Positions 12,114 through 24,871 are shown, numbered from the whole stretch's first letter. The stretch: DNA of 62,354 nucleotides, filler included, from Sphacelaria rigidula (GCA_964200075.2; 6 parts of 6 records of this genome joined end to end with filler, not necessarily neighbours in it), one strand, 5' to 3'. The notes: a model not told the origin generated them from the sequence alone. Translations and numbers: made by a program.

Positions 12114-13331
12114 ATCGAGCTCTGAAAGAAGACTAATGATCTCCTGAGGAATTCAGGGATGTGACAACCGCTGGTTCATCACGTTCTTGTTTCTTCAGCG
12201 TCGGTTAATTGAACATCAAAGTGCCGCAAATACTACGTCGACTATCTGTCATTGGACGCGTGGATCTCTTCGATATCTGCCCATGCTCGTACCCATCGTC
12301 TTCTTGGTAGTATATTTTCGGCTGACAAAATCGGGAATTGAAGGAATTATGATCATGGGTGGAGATGGGGGGAGGGAACTTCCGTAGTTTACGACAGTCT
12401 TTAACATAAAAAGCTGCACAAGCTATATCAAAATAAAAGGTACATACATCCACGAGGTCGGGGAGGCGGGGGCGGGGGCGAGAGAGTTTGTTGTTACTGT
12501 ATCCGTAGGTGGATGCTTGCTCGCGGGGGGTAGGGGGGGGGGGGGGGGGGGTTGTTCTCGTTCCACTCCTCACGGGAGAGATGAAAATATATAGACTCCT
12601 TCAAAAGCAAGCCAAACCTTCTCGTACGTTCGTCGCAGTTGCATTACAATCGCACAGATATTCCACAAGATTGTACAAGAATCTTGACCGGCAACTGACC
12701 AGGGGAGGGGGCAGTGAAGGCGGACCGCGATACACAAGGGCAGGAGAGAATCACCAGGCAGGGTACTCCTCTGCACCCGGATACGAATACGTATGTACCA
12801 CGGGCACGATACATGACATGAGGCTTTTGTTGGCAACTGGAGCCAGATGTACCGTTTCCACGCCACGACTGCGAGCAGTCATGGAAACGGCTGTGCAGCA
12901 AAACCATCTGCACGACGTTCGTCACCTCACGATGGCGCACACTCAGCCGGTGTCTCAGCCGGCGTACAGTACTCGTGTCACAAACCATCTCGCAATAAAC
13001 CGCACAATGAATGCCAAGCTTGCCCTCACCCGACATTTCAAACGGCGCGTGCGTGCGCGTGGATACGCGGGCTTGCGTCAAAACCTCGACGTTTCCTCTC
13101 GGGTGTTTCGAGAGCACACAATCGTACCCAAAACATTGACTTTATAGCAACGCCAAACACCATTAGGACCAAGATATAAATAGTCACCTCTCCCTCAGCC
13201 TGGTCGGGGGAACACCCAGCGTGCTCCGTCCCGGCTTTTTAGGGACGCGAGGGTCAATGGTCTCATGACTACAGCATTCAAGATTGTAAGTAGACCCCCT
13301 TCCACCCCTCCAAGGGCAACAAAACACTCAC

Positions 13332-13909
13332 TTGCAATCCCAAGCGCATTTGTCTCGCCAAGACCGGCACACTTTTCGACCTTCTTCCAGCGCCTGAGGG
13401 CCCAAAAACCCGTAAACGTTCAGCGACAAGAGCTGCCCAAACACCGTGGCCGCCCCAATCCCACGACTCGGCTTGTTCACCTCCGATCCTATCAAGCCTT
13501 CAAGACCGTCCCCAGGACAAGTCTCGGAAGCCCTGTCGCCCTCAGCAACCACCCCTGCTGCCGTCCCTCCTGCAGCATCGCCGGGGCCGAGTTGAGTGGG
13601 TGAAGCCGCCGACGCCGACGCCGACTGAACAGAGGTGAGGCGCTCCGCGAGGGCAGCATTCTGCGCGCGCAGCGCTACGCACGTAGAAATGAGGTCGCGC
13701 ACCAGGCTGGATGAGCATGCCACTACGGCCGCTCGCCGCGGTCCGCGTGTAGGGATAAGGCCTGTGGTTGCCGCTGCAGAGGGGTTGGCGCCGCTCGAGC
13801 TAATTTCCACAAGAGCCTGGTTATCGGGCACGGTGGCAGCGGGTGGGGAGTGAGGATCGAGCGTTCTCATGTTTTGCGGTGCTGTAGCTGCTTGGCCGTC
13901 GAACGCGCG
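13332..13909 (-). CDS. bHLH/F-box gene, exon 3 (loop, helix 2, coiled coil, F-box)
   Basis: ttttacag|CGCGCG...TGCAA|gtgagt; 578 nt, phase 0/2. Encodes RRAAVVACSSSLVRDLISTCVALRAQNAALAERL and the F-box-like VFGQLLSLNVYGFLGPQALEEGRKVCRSWRDKC. Confidence 0.8.
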
Positions 13910-14836
13910 CTGTAAAAAGGATGGCGTATTGTAGGCAATAGCGGTCCGTTCTACTCTCCCAAAGGTGGCTAAGGACGTATGGTCTATCCACGACTTTGTT
14001 GGAGGAGGTGGAAGGGTAGGTAGCGAGATGTCCTTGTGTATGTTGACGTTTTTCAAATGTAATTAGTTTGAGGAAAACGAATCTTGGGCATCCCCATGGA
14101 GCGCTGACGTCGCTCCGTGGCGGGATCTACCTCAATTTCTCAAAAAAAGATTATCGTCAAGGAGAAAGGGGGAGGCAAGGGAGGAGGGCTACACATGAGG
14201 TGACATTACATGATGAGTTATCCAGTTTAAAACTAGCCGTTGGAAGATACGGCGGATGAAAGTAATCCCGCGATTTCCTTCTCGAGGTGGCATGGTGGTA
14301 TCTTACAGTTGCAGGCAGCAGTTGTCACACATACATATATGCACCATTACTTCCCGTTCCCAAGGTCGCTCTCTCGTGCACTCGGCGAAACGTGTAGAGG
14401 GTACGCTTCTCGAGACACCGTGCATGCACGCAAGGTTGTATGGATGCCACGACCGTGTACATGGTGTACATGTGCATCTGCAGGCAGCTCGGAACTGGAA
14501 ATAAGGGAAGCGAGCAGCGGGGTCGACGGCGCAGTGCCCTTAACAAGCCACAAACGAGAATACGAAAAATGCGAATTTCCAATTTTCTGGATAGCATGTA
14601 TAACGCAGGATGGTCTGGAGACCAGACTTCCACCCACTCTGCAGACTGTTACATGACATCTGCTGAACACCCTGCTGGACGGGGAGAGCTAGTAACTGTT
14701 GTTGACATGGAAATCACGTTCACAAACCTATCACGCATACTACTGAGGCGAGGGAAATATTTTGAAACTTGAGATTTTGTCGGCTCTTGTACCCTCTCTG
14801 TCTCTCCCAGGAAAAGAGCCAACACGAAAAACATAC

Positions 14837-14944
14837 CTCGTGTAGGCTGTCCAATCCGTCGTTCATTTGCTGACGCAATAACTTCGCTCGTTCTCTCTTT
14901 CGCGCGCAGCTGTTACCTCCGCGCTGTTGTGTGGCACCACCACC
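14837..14944 (-). CDS. bHLH/F-box gene, exon 2 (basic region + helix 1)
   Basis: cacag|GGTGGT...CACGAG|gtatgt; 108 nt, phase 0/0; ARKRERAKLLRQQMNDGLDSLHE. Confidence 0.75.
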
Positions 14945-15220
14945 CTGTGGGTGAGCGATACCACGGGATAACAACAAAAAGGTCGAAGGGGGGCAGGGTG
15001 GAAGGAGGGGGAGAAGACAAATATGGGAATTCAGGAGGACTGTCGCAAGGAAAGTAACAATAAAATGATATCGGCATTTTTCAAGGCTTGAAATTAGAGT
15101 CGTTGAGATGGGTAACCATTTGGGGGGGGGGGGGGGGGGGGGGGGGGGTTTTTCCGGAGTTAAAAAAGGAGGGGAGAATAAAAAAAAACACACCGGGTTT
15201 GGGGGCCAAGAAAACAAGGG

Positions 15221-15230
15221 NNNNNNNNNN
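15221..15230. other. 10-N scaffold gap within poly-G low-quality sequence
   Basis: N10 flanked by G-runs. Confidence 0.95.
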
Positions 15231-15359
15231 GGGGGGGGGGGGGGGGGTGGGGGGGGGGGGGGGGGGTGGGGGGGGGGGGAGGGGGGTGATTTTACCGTAG
15301 TCAAAAAGTAGTGGACGATGAAACATGAACCGACGAGTTTGCGGGACAAGATATCATGG

Positions 15360-15610
15360 GGAACAAGGTCAATTGTTGAACGCCTTGCCGTAGATATTCT
15401 CACTTGGTTGAAAAGAACTTTCGCGAAATATTATGATTACCCGGTTTTAGTGAGAACACCGATCTTCGGATCTTTGTTGTGGCTGACAGTGCCAATTTGC
15501 TGATGGCGTGCGCAGCAGGCGTTTTGTCCATATCGCCACCGCAAGCACCGATTTGAGATATGTCAACGCACTCTCTGCCTGGGTCACCCTCTGAACCTTC
15601 CTCCCCCAAG
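15360..15610 (-). pseudogene. Possible hAT transposase C-terminal dimerisation-domain remnant inside an intron
   Basis: LALSATTKIRRSVFSLKPGNHNISRK loosely resembles LAIPATSASSERVFSxAGxIISxKR. Confidence 0.3.
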
Positions 15611-16868
15611 TTACTTTGGAATGCTTTGGGTGAGGGTTGGGGTTAGGGTTGCAGTTCCTCAAAACCATAACTTTTCGAAGAGAAATCTTCGAAGGACGAA
15701 ATGGTAAGACGAGCTCACGGTTCAACGGTTTTTGTCTAATGGAAGATTCGCCACAATCGAAAGATTCAAGATTCGCACAACTGGGTGGCGGGTGGTGTGT
15801 CCGTTTAGGCGCGTCAAAATCGCACAGATTCTGCCGGTACTGAACCTAGTTCGCATGATCAACAACAGTAGGGAAATTGACCTACACCACAGGACGAGCG
15901 CTGAAGTGCGAGGAATTTTTCCACAGTTCCACAAACGAACTCGGCAAAAACGATTGTACATGAAAGGAAAAGAACACTTTTCATGATGGCAGTATAATGC
16001 ATGAACCTCCTATCATACAACAACGCCAACAGTGGTATTTCAAGTGCATGTCTTCCATCAACCTGGCTGTGTGTATCACGTTGCCCCCCAAAAGAAGTTT
16101 GCGTCATCTTCAGCAATGTGCTGCTATCAACAATTCCATGACAGACAGAAACAACACGACCGTCGCTTTGTCCAGACAGAATGAGATAGGGAAGTTACAC
16201 GTGTGAATCGGGAAAACAGGGGATCATTCATCCCACGAATCTGAGTTGTGCATGTCATGAAGCAGCTGATGGCAGGCAAGTGCAATGCGCAAAACGTACA
16301 TGTATACACACAGCGGCTGTGTCGAAAACTTTGGGCCTCAAACCGCACGATCGGCAGCGAGCAGCATCGCGGAGGCACGGCTGTTGCGATGCCTGTTGCA
16401 CCGTCGCAGCTCAGAAGCCGAACGGCGAGCATTGTGGCATCTACTGTTAAATATTTATACATTAGCGTCTAGTTTTATGGAACCCAATTCTGTATCCCCC
16501 TGGAAATAATATGCTCTTGCTGCGAAACCCTGACGGGTGAGCGCACCCTACGCACTAAATATAATACCCGAAGAGCGTAGCTGTGATTCGTTGTACCCCG
16601 TGCACATAATCCAGTCGTCACCTGTTACGCCTTACCTCCTTGCTCTAACCAGTGCACAGCGCGGAGTCGACCGTCCACGAGGATTGGTGGCATCATGTAA
16701 CACCCAGCCCAACACACGGAATATACACATTTGTACCGCTCTCTCGTTCCGGAAATTATCTGAAGTGCAATCAACATTTCCAGCCTGTCCACGAAAACCT
16801 CAAGTACTGTCTTCACTGTAATGTACCCCAAAAGAACTGAAACATACTTGTACTGGGCAGAAACTCAC

Positions 16869-17537
16869 CTGAAAATCGTCCTCATCGGCTCCAGCAGATC
16901 GCAAAATGGCCGCGGCCGCGGCTGCAGCATGTTGAGATGAGCTCGCGGTACTCGCAGGCTGCACGGCAGACAACGCACCAGTGCCCATCATACTAGGCAT
17001 TGTCCACCCACCGCCCCCCACCCTAGAGAGCCAGTCCTGACCCATGTGTGTGAGCATCGCGCTGCTGTTGTTGTTGGTGCTGCTGTCAGTCGACTGCCGT
17101 GGTTGAATCGCTGATGGCATAGGCAAAATCGGCTGTCGAGGCTGTTGTTGCGGTGGCGCAGGCAGTGGTTGCTGCCGAGGGGGAGCGATGTACTGCAACG
17201 GCGTTGAAGAGGGTCGCATTGGTTCGGCGATGGGAATGACGGTATCGGGAGCTAATTGAAGGCAAGGGATATCGTTCGTGTTGGACGTGACCATGGGCGA
17301 AAATGGTGTCGACGTTGTTGTTGTTGTTGTCGGAGGTGCTGGTTGCACTGGCGGGGACGATGTTTCGAGAGCTGAGGCTGTGCTACTGTTGCTCTCTGAT
17401 GTGTTGCTGGGAAGAAACAGGTTGTCCAACGATGTGGTCGACGCGAAAAAGTTGACGTTGCAATCGCCGAACAATCCTGAGCTGTCAGCGAATGCTCGAC
17501 GCCAGAGCAAATCCTCGTCCTGAGCATTGTGCTCCAT
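16869..17537 (-). CDS. bHLH/F-box gene, putative exon 1 (S/T/P/Q-rich N-terminus)
   Basis: ATG at 17537, 669 nt open, ends TTTCAG|gtgagt in phase 0, compatible with exon 2. Linkage to exon 2 is inferred from strand and phase only. Confidence 0.7.
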
Positions 17538-19399
17538 GATCGCTGCAGCTATTTTGTGGTTTGTCCTGTAGCCGGTGTCTTGTGTGCAGCTAAGAGAAGT
17601 AAAACAGTCTTCATTGTGTGCAGTTCAGGCATGCAGCAGCTCGTATTTCACTTTTTCAAGACTTCTTATATAGTTGGGGCGACTGTGTACAGGGGACGCA
17701 TACGTTTTTTACCACCCCCTCAAAACGGGCGCCAGATATTGCAGGATTTCTCTTTTTTTCGGTGGAACCAGTTTTACCGGCTGCCCCGCCATTTTTACGA
17801 CAGTGAACGATGAATTGTTCAAATTGCTGCAGTGGAACCCGAAGTTCTATTGCGTCGTGTACATCATTGGTACGCGGTCACAACAGGATGAATGACTGCT
17901 GGAAGCAGAGACAGCGTGGGTACGTTAACCCTCGGACCGCGAGCGTAGTCCGTCTGGATCATGAATACTTTTTTCAAGTGAAATTAATTGATGGCGATTC
18001 GACAGATAACCTACCGGTACTCTCGCCGTCTGAGGGTCAAGCTAGTGTTACTCGTATCATTCATTACATCGATTGACTGGTTTGTATAATACATCTTCAG
18101 AGCAGCGCAGCAGTAGATTCAGTTAGATATAACATTTGAAGTAGAGCAGCATGCAGTCAGTGGGTAGTGCTGGATGTTTCATGATCGATCGAACACTTCT
18201 ATTTTTTTGTTGCAATTCGGGGTATTTATGTCTGGGCACATCGACCATCGTCAAGGCCATATTTCGAGAAGCTCGAGTCCCAACACATTACAAAACTCAT
18301 AGGGAGCCCAAAAATTGATAGATGGCACATATAATTGTATAAAGGCAATATCGATCAATTTGTATTTGGGCGAGGGGTGCATGGTGCGAGGGGTGCATAT
18401 GGTGGAGAAGGGGACGAGAAAATAGCCATTCCTGGGGGTGGTTTCTACCGTTAAATTGGGGGTGATATTCTCCATGTCAGCCTATAATAGCGTGCAAGTG
18501 GCAATACTTTCGTATACTCGTGGTGTGTTTTGGGAAATTCGAAATATGAAAAAGGAAGAGGAAAAAAAAACTTCTTACCTACGGATTTTAATGCCCGCTT
18601 CCCCCCCCCGAGTGATGCCGGGAAGGCCTCTCCCCAGAACTAGCCCCAAAACTGCTACGCAGAACATGGTTATATTCGCGCATGATAGGTGGTTACAGCG
18701 ATGTCCATCATTGGCGAAAACGATCCAAAAACGTGCGAGTGTCCAGCTGCTCGGTGTGCTCAGCCTTTGTCATCTTGATTCGGAGAAAGTAGATTTTGTC
18801 TCCTCCGACCAGGCACTTTGAGGGGGGGAGCTATCGCGGCATCACTCCCCTCAATCAACGAAATCATATGGATGGTATCTTCCGTTTTGGCGTCTTGTAC
18901 ACTGATGGTGATACGCCTGAACACGTGAATTCATCATTGATGGAACTTTTGAATGATCAAACACTCATCTCTGAACCCCCACTTTTTCCCACCCCGGGAT
19001 GAAATCGCACTATCCCCTCCCAAAACGCAATTGGGGGGGGGGGGGGTTATCTATCGTTCTGGCCAGTTACATGGGCTTTGCACACGAACGGAGATTCCCC
19101 TAAACACACGGGGGGGATCGTTAGAATGTATTCACCCTACCTCACTTCCTTATGAACTCTTCTTCTCCCCATCCCCTTTCCAGGAGAAAATAACAACGCA
19201 TCCCCTCCCCGAATAATTTAATTGGGAAGGGGGTGTTATTCAACGTTTGAGTCGTCTACGGCCAGAACACAATGATTCTGAATACGCGACCGGTACCAAT
19301 AGAAAGCCTTCACCCTGCTGAAAGCATCCATATATATATATATATATATATATATAGTATATGTATATTACTTCACGAGGCTACATACATCCCGGGGAG

Positions 19400-19570
19400 G
19401 TTATTGCTTCATCTCCGTGTCGAGGAAGGGGCGAATGAGTTCGAGGACACGTGGCGACGTGAAGACAAACGAGAATCGAACCGCCGCCACAAACGAGAGG
19501 GTGCTGCGTTTAGAGCCGCCAATTGGGGGACTGTCCTCGCTAGCATAACAACAGCAATCGCTCACGAGTA
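19400..19570 (+). mobile_element. Possible non-LTR (RTE-like) ORF 3' remnant
   Basis: RVEEGANEFEDTWRREDKRESNRRHKRE resembles LINE ORF C-termini; weak. Confidence 0.3.
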
Positions 19571-19846
19571 ATCTAAGATGTGAATGACCGAAGGAATGCC
19601 CCCCTTTTTGTAATCGGGTACAGTACAGTACCCTACAAGGGATGAATGCTAGAAATTGGGCTAACACGGAAACTGATGTACCCCTGTCTTTTTCTATCGG
19701 TTGCTGTTGATTTGTCCATGGCCGTCGGTTTTCTCGGGGGTCCCTGGTGTGTTTGCACCTGCTCTCTTATACTGTGTCCTTTGGATTTAATCACTTTTGT
19801 AGTCTCTAGCCAGGGGTATGTCGGGAGAAGATTTTCGGACACGCAG

Positions 19847-19885
<39 letters not shown>

Positions 19886-20720
19886 CGCGCGCTTGCTTTT
19901 TCTTGTTCTTTTTTTTTTTTTTTTATTTGTACAAAAAAAAAAAAAACCTCCCTCCCGGAGGGCGATTTTTCGAAAATTGTCATGATTTTTTTATTGTCAA
20001 GAAACATTGACAAAAAACGAAAATTCTCTAGCTAGTATTCTCCTGCTTCTCTGTTCTCTCTTTCTCTTCCCATTTCTCCCCATGTTGTGTTTGTTATCCT
20101 GGTGTATGCAAGTAGCAGTTGGGTGTCTCATGTCCGTAAAGTTCCCGAATGAGAGCTTCATGAATACCCAAATTAGTGAGGTCGAAATATTGTACATGAG
20201 CCGCAATCTGTTCCTACGGCTTTGTTTTTTTTCAATTGGGTATGCATGGGTGCTTTTTGCCCAAGAGCTTCCACCACCGAAGCCTTATGTTTCAGAGGCC
20301 AGTCATTTCTAGTTTTTCTCCTCTTTCCTGCCTTTGTCGTGGTCTTTTTCCCGTCTCCTCTGCCTGTTCTAATTTTCTGATTCCTTCACTTTTCTTCATC
20401 GAGTTTTCCCGTTTGTTTCATCTCGGTCGGGTCTGGTCGGGTAGGTCTATCATGCGGCCACGGCTGGATCCATGGGAGATCAGCTAATGTGCGACAATTA
20501 ATCAGACCTTCCTGAGAACGCACAGGGGTTATAATCTATTGTCGGGGCCTTTTAAATTGAGTGACAACGCCCTTGAAAACACGGGAGACGTCTTTGGAAC
20601 GTGTTCACCCCACCCCAGTGCTTTTATGACTCCTCCCGCCCCCCATACCCCTGATCTTAGCAAGATGCAGCTCGCCCTTCATGCGACTCGCCGAACACAC
20701 CACGGCGCTTCGCACTTGGT

Positions 20721-20820
20721 NNNNNNNNNNNNNNNNNNNNNNNNNNNNNNNNNNNNNNNNNNNNTTAATTAATTAANNNNNNNNNNNNNNNNNNNNNNNN
20801 NNNNNNNNNNNNNNNNNNNN
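20721..20820. other. Artificial contig linker
   Basis: N44-TTAATTAATTAA-N44. Confidence 0.99.
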
Positions 20821-21140
20821 AAAAAGAGAAAAAAGAAGAAAGATAAAACAAAAGGGAGGGAAAGAGAGGAGGGGGGAAGGGGAAGGGGGGAGGAGGGTTA
20901 AAAGTGTGACCTGGACAAGAACAAAAAACGGGAGAAACTCGAAAATCCCGCGAAAAAAAGGCAATAAAAAAGAACGATGCGGAGAAAAACTCGAAAAAGA
21001 AAGGGCGCAAGACGACATACACCCTGTAGGAGAAATATCAAAAAAGAAGGGGAGTACAATAGATTGGGGCATACAATTGCATGGATACAAGTGCGATCGG
21101 AGCACGACAAAATTGTAGTGCATGGCACACGGTACTGCAC

Positions 21141-21230
21141 CTTGTCTTGAAGCACACCCGACGGTCTTAAAAGAGCCAGCGTCGCCGCCATGCCGTTTTT
21201 GGCCAACGGTTGTTTGTGCAAAAACTCCAG
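21141..21230 (-). CDS. SART1: SART1/Snu66-like, internal exon F
   Basis: cgcag|CTGGAG...GACAAG|gtgcag; 90 nt, phase 0/0; LEFLHKQPLAKNGMAATLALLRPSG matches the SART-1 motif EPxVxxGLAATLxLL..KG. Confidence 0.85.
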
Positions 21231-22177
21231 CTGCGGGGAAAGAAGGAGGCAGCAAAAGGAGCACCCAGGTGGGAGACCGGTCGGTCGTCGGTGTTGCGCC
21301 GTCAGAACGGACGCAGCGAAGGTTTGAATATTTCATTAATCACCATCCACGCAGATCAGGTATGCTGACAACTGCTGTGTGCTCTGGAACTTGATGCTCT
21401 GTTCGGTGGGATGTACCTGCCATCATTTCTTCATCCTCTACTCGTATTTTGTATTCAGCGACTGTGATTTTATTTCGTTCGGCTAATCGGTGTACGATGA
21501 ACCATCATTCCTGTTCTGCCGTGCGTGGTGCATCTGCGTACGTACGCACTCAATGTTCAAGGGTACTCGTAACATCGCCCGGATATTCACGAACGCATGA
21601 GAGAGTTGAGTTGCGGTGCACGCAGGGGCTCATACCATAACCTTCAACATCATTTCAATTTCCCTTCGTCCGTTGAATTCATGTATATATGTATATATAT
21701 ATATATATCACCCTGGACAAATAGATGCAATAGACCAAAACTGTATTGAGCTGAGTATAGGCCTATTGCCACTATTTTCGAACGACAGTAGTTGCAATAT
21801 ACCTATACTCAATCCGGTACATTTTTGGTCTATTGAACCTTTTGACTATATTTTGTCCAGGGTGTGCTATATATGCATGTATTTTTGCCGAGAGGGATGA
21901 AGAAAAGGGGGGAAAAAATGCGATAGCCCACCTCTTGTTCTCCTGTGATGCTGTGCCGTACCCAAAAATAGAAAAATGTAATACATATCATTTTTTGCGA
22001 AAATTCGCCAATACAATATTATTACTTATTTGCATGGACCACCATTGAAACGCAAGCTCCTGGCACCAGCCGTAACGTCACTTTATGGGCCCGTTTCCCG
22101 ACAAGGTGAATGGCGATTCGGCTCGGGTCCTGATTCTAAGACTAGACCACCGATTCACTTATTTTCTTCTTTTGTAC

Positions 22178-22271
22178 CTGTTCATCATCAGCACTGTCAT
22201 CCTCATTCTCCAGCATAGCCTCAATTTCCTCTTCGTCCATCTCGTCATCGTCATCGCCCTCAGTCGTCCAA
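22178..22271 (-). CDS. SART1: SART1/Snu66-like, internal exon E
   Basis: ctccag|TTGGACG...GAACAG|gtacaa; 94 nt, phase 2/0; acidic WTTEGDDDDEMDEEEIEAMLENEDD. Confidence 0.8.
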
Positions 22272-22422
22272 CTGGAGAACGGAAAATAACAACAAAAAAA
22301 TACACGGTCGCCGGCGGGGGGGCAGAGGATGAATTGGATCAGAAAAAACAAAAGTGAACGCCTCAAAAGAATTAACTGCATACATACAAACATACATACA
22401 TACATACATACATACATACATG

Positions 22423-23499
22423 CAAGGGCAGGTCGAGTAGAGTATGCACTTTTGAGTACTCGAGTGAAATACTCGAATATTTTATTCGAGTACTCAAACT
22501 TTGAGTAGATCGAGTACGGCCTCGAATACCCTACTCAAATTTTGGGTAGATGAAGTACGACCTCAAATACTCTCCTCAAATTTTGAGTAAGCTCTCTAAG
22601 TAGTACTTGAGTATAGGATCACTTGAGTATGACTTCAATAATCTACTCAAGTTTTGAGGAGGTCGAGTGCGGCCTCAAATACCCTACTCAAATATTGAGT
22701 AAACACCCTCAGTAATACTTGAGTGTAGCGAATCGATTGGGGAAAGTGAGTTTCCGTGACCGTCGGCGACTTCGTGACGTCACTCCACAGACTATGTTGA
22801 ATACATGGACGAACGATGGTCATCAATTAGATGGGTGACGTTACGTTACAGGCTACAAGGAGTATGAGGGAATGATGGCCAAAAAAAAAGGGTGCAGATG
22901 AATGAACAGTGCAAGACTTCGACTGCCCAACACTCCGATATGATTTGTACGCTTTCCAGTACCCCCCCGCCAGTCTACACGGTACAATCCGAACGCTTCG
23001 ACAATACCCCAATATTCGTTCTACCCTAGTTGTGTACCGTTTGGTTCTGATCCAAATGTTCTCTTGAATATACTGTAACCGAATGTTTGCTGAAGTTTGA
23101 TCTTGAACCAGTACAAATCATGGATGGACAAACTCTGGGAATACCTCCGTATTTCCTCTACCCGAGCTTGAGCATCTTGCGTACGAAGTTATATACTGAA
23201 GTTGAAGTTATACGTTTTCGGTACATCGGGTCCGGCCTTCGATACTTTACCCAACTTTCGGGTAGATTGGGCATGACCGCAAATACTTTACTCAAATTTT
23301 TAGTAGGTTGCGTATGACCTCAATACTCTAATCAATTTTTGAGTAGGTCGAGTACGGCCTCAATTACTTTACTCAATTCTTGAGTAGGTCGAGTATGGCC
23401 TCAAATACTCAACGCAAATCTTGAGTAGATCGACTACGACCTCAAATACTCTACTCAAATTGTGAGTAAATTGAGTATACTTCACTCGACCTGCCCTTG
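22423..23499. mobile_element. Non-autonomous hAT-type element in a SART1 intron
   Basis: TIR CAAGGGCAGGTCGAGT / ACTCGACCTGCCCTTG; 8-bp TSD CATACATG/CATACATA; ~39-bp subterminal repeats with palindromic CTACTCAAATTTTGAGTAG-like cores at both ends. Confidence 0.85.
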
Positions 23500-23901
23500 C
23501 ATACATATATATCTCCGACATGCATACATGGGTTCATTTCGTCATCATCTTCATTTTGTTTCTATTTTGTTCCTAGCTCTTCTCCCTTCTGTTCCCCCTT
23601 TCGTTTACGTATTCATTTATTTTTCTGCTTGATTTTTGTTTTTGTTTTTGTTTGGGGGGGGGGGGGGGGGGGAGGTTGGGTGAGTGGCGGTGGGTGTTTT
23701 GGCTGTTTTTTTTTTGTTGTTTTGTTTTTTTTGGTCTTTGGTGGGGTGGGGGTGCGGGTGTGTTCGGTTTCCTCCCGTTGGCTCGTTCTCACATGTTTTT
23801 TTTTCTTCATCTTGCAGACGTATGTCTATCTCATGACAACGGCTGCGTCCCTCGGAGATCAATTCATGCACGACAATCAATTAAAAGTACAAATTTACAC
23901 A

Positions 23902-24504
23902 CGAGCTGGTCCAGCTGACAAGTTATTCTTGAACGAAGAGTGGAGATGTCATTGGTAACTAGAAGAGTTAGGCGCTGAAATTTCGACACGATATTTGTAC
24001 CATCAACCCGCGCAACCCTTTTGGGGGTGCAGACGATGAAAAAAAACAGGAAGTTAGAGCGAGTTGAAGTTGCAGTAGAAACAGGAAAAAACGCGAACAC
24101 TTCCCTAAAAAATGATAAATTCGACGACAACGCTCCAAAACATACGAGCACTCGCGTCAACGACATTCGGGTAAAGTTTCGGCCAAATATACCTCAAATT
24201 GGGCGCGCCATCGCACTTTTCGTGTGACACGGCTGCGCCCCTTTAATTCAAGTGATACAAGAGACTCCAATTATGAAGGTCATGAGTTCGAGTCCCGATA
24301 GATGATTTTTTTTTTCGTCCGTCGTTAAGGTCATATATTATGCAGTACCTTTTTTTTCATTTTTGTTCTTCATTCAGCGGCGGTGCCGTGTGATGGAAGA
24401 TTGGTCTGCACTTGACAGCGACATGCTCAAGTCGCGCTGATTTGGAAAACTTGAAAAGTTATGGTGTGGAAAGCGAATGCGGGATTTACTACTGGTCCAG
24501 CTCG
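23902..24504 (+). mobile_element. CGAGCTGG-TIR MITE, copy 2, with tRNA-like module
   Basis: CGAGCTGGTCCAG...CTGGTCCAGCTCG|TA; colinear with 9461-10061; B-box GTTCGAGTCC at ~24286. Confidence 0.8.
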
Positions 24505-24757
24505 TACAAGATCCCTCCTTCGGGAGGTTGGTACGGGCCTACTGGGGGTGGCGCAAGTCGAAAATATATGGCTAACCTCTTGGCCGCGAGGGTAGTCCAT
24601 CTGGATCATGCACATTTGTTCAAGTAAAATTGGAGCCGATTCGACGGGTGATCTACGTGCGCTGCGAAAGAAGGCGCGGTAAAAAATGCCTCGCTGCCAG
24701 AGAAAACTCGGCAAAAGTGATGTAAAATGTGAAATGATACATATACATACGGCGTAC

Positions 24758-24871
24758 CGTGACCGCTTGTCGCTAGCGATCTTGGCTTGCTTGGCTTTCG
24801 CTTTACTATCCTTGTCATCCTCTTCCTCCTCCTCCTCCTCCTCCTCTCGCTTGTCAACGTCCATCGAGTCC
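24758..24871 (-). CDS. SART1: SART1/Snu66-like, internal exon D
   Basis: gacag|GGACTCG...TCACG|gtacgc; 114 nt, phase 2/2; DSMDVDKREEEEEEEEDDKDSKAKAKQAK. Confidence 0.8.

Noticed and set aside
14347..14670. Extra exon in the bHLH loop (~14540-14480)
   Set aside because: No convincing donor or frame; exons 2 and 3 already join in phase. Cannot be excluded without RNA data.
15122..15290. Poly-Pro/poly-Gly ORFs and G-quadruplex-like runs (also ~10430-10500, ~19847-19883)
   Set aside because: Two of the runs sit beside gaps or contig ends with garbled flanks; probably low-quality sequence or intronic homopolymers.
22423..23499. CRISPR-like regularly spaced palindromic repeats
   Set aside because: Units abut without unique spacers, lie inside TIRs with an 8-bp TSD, and there are no cas genes; eukaryotic intron context.
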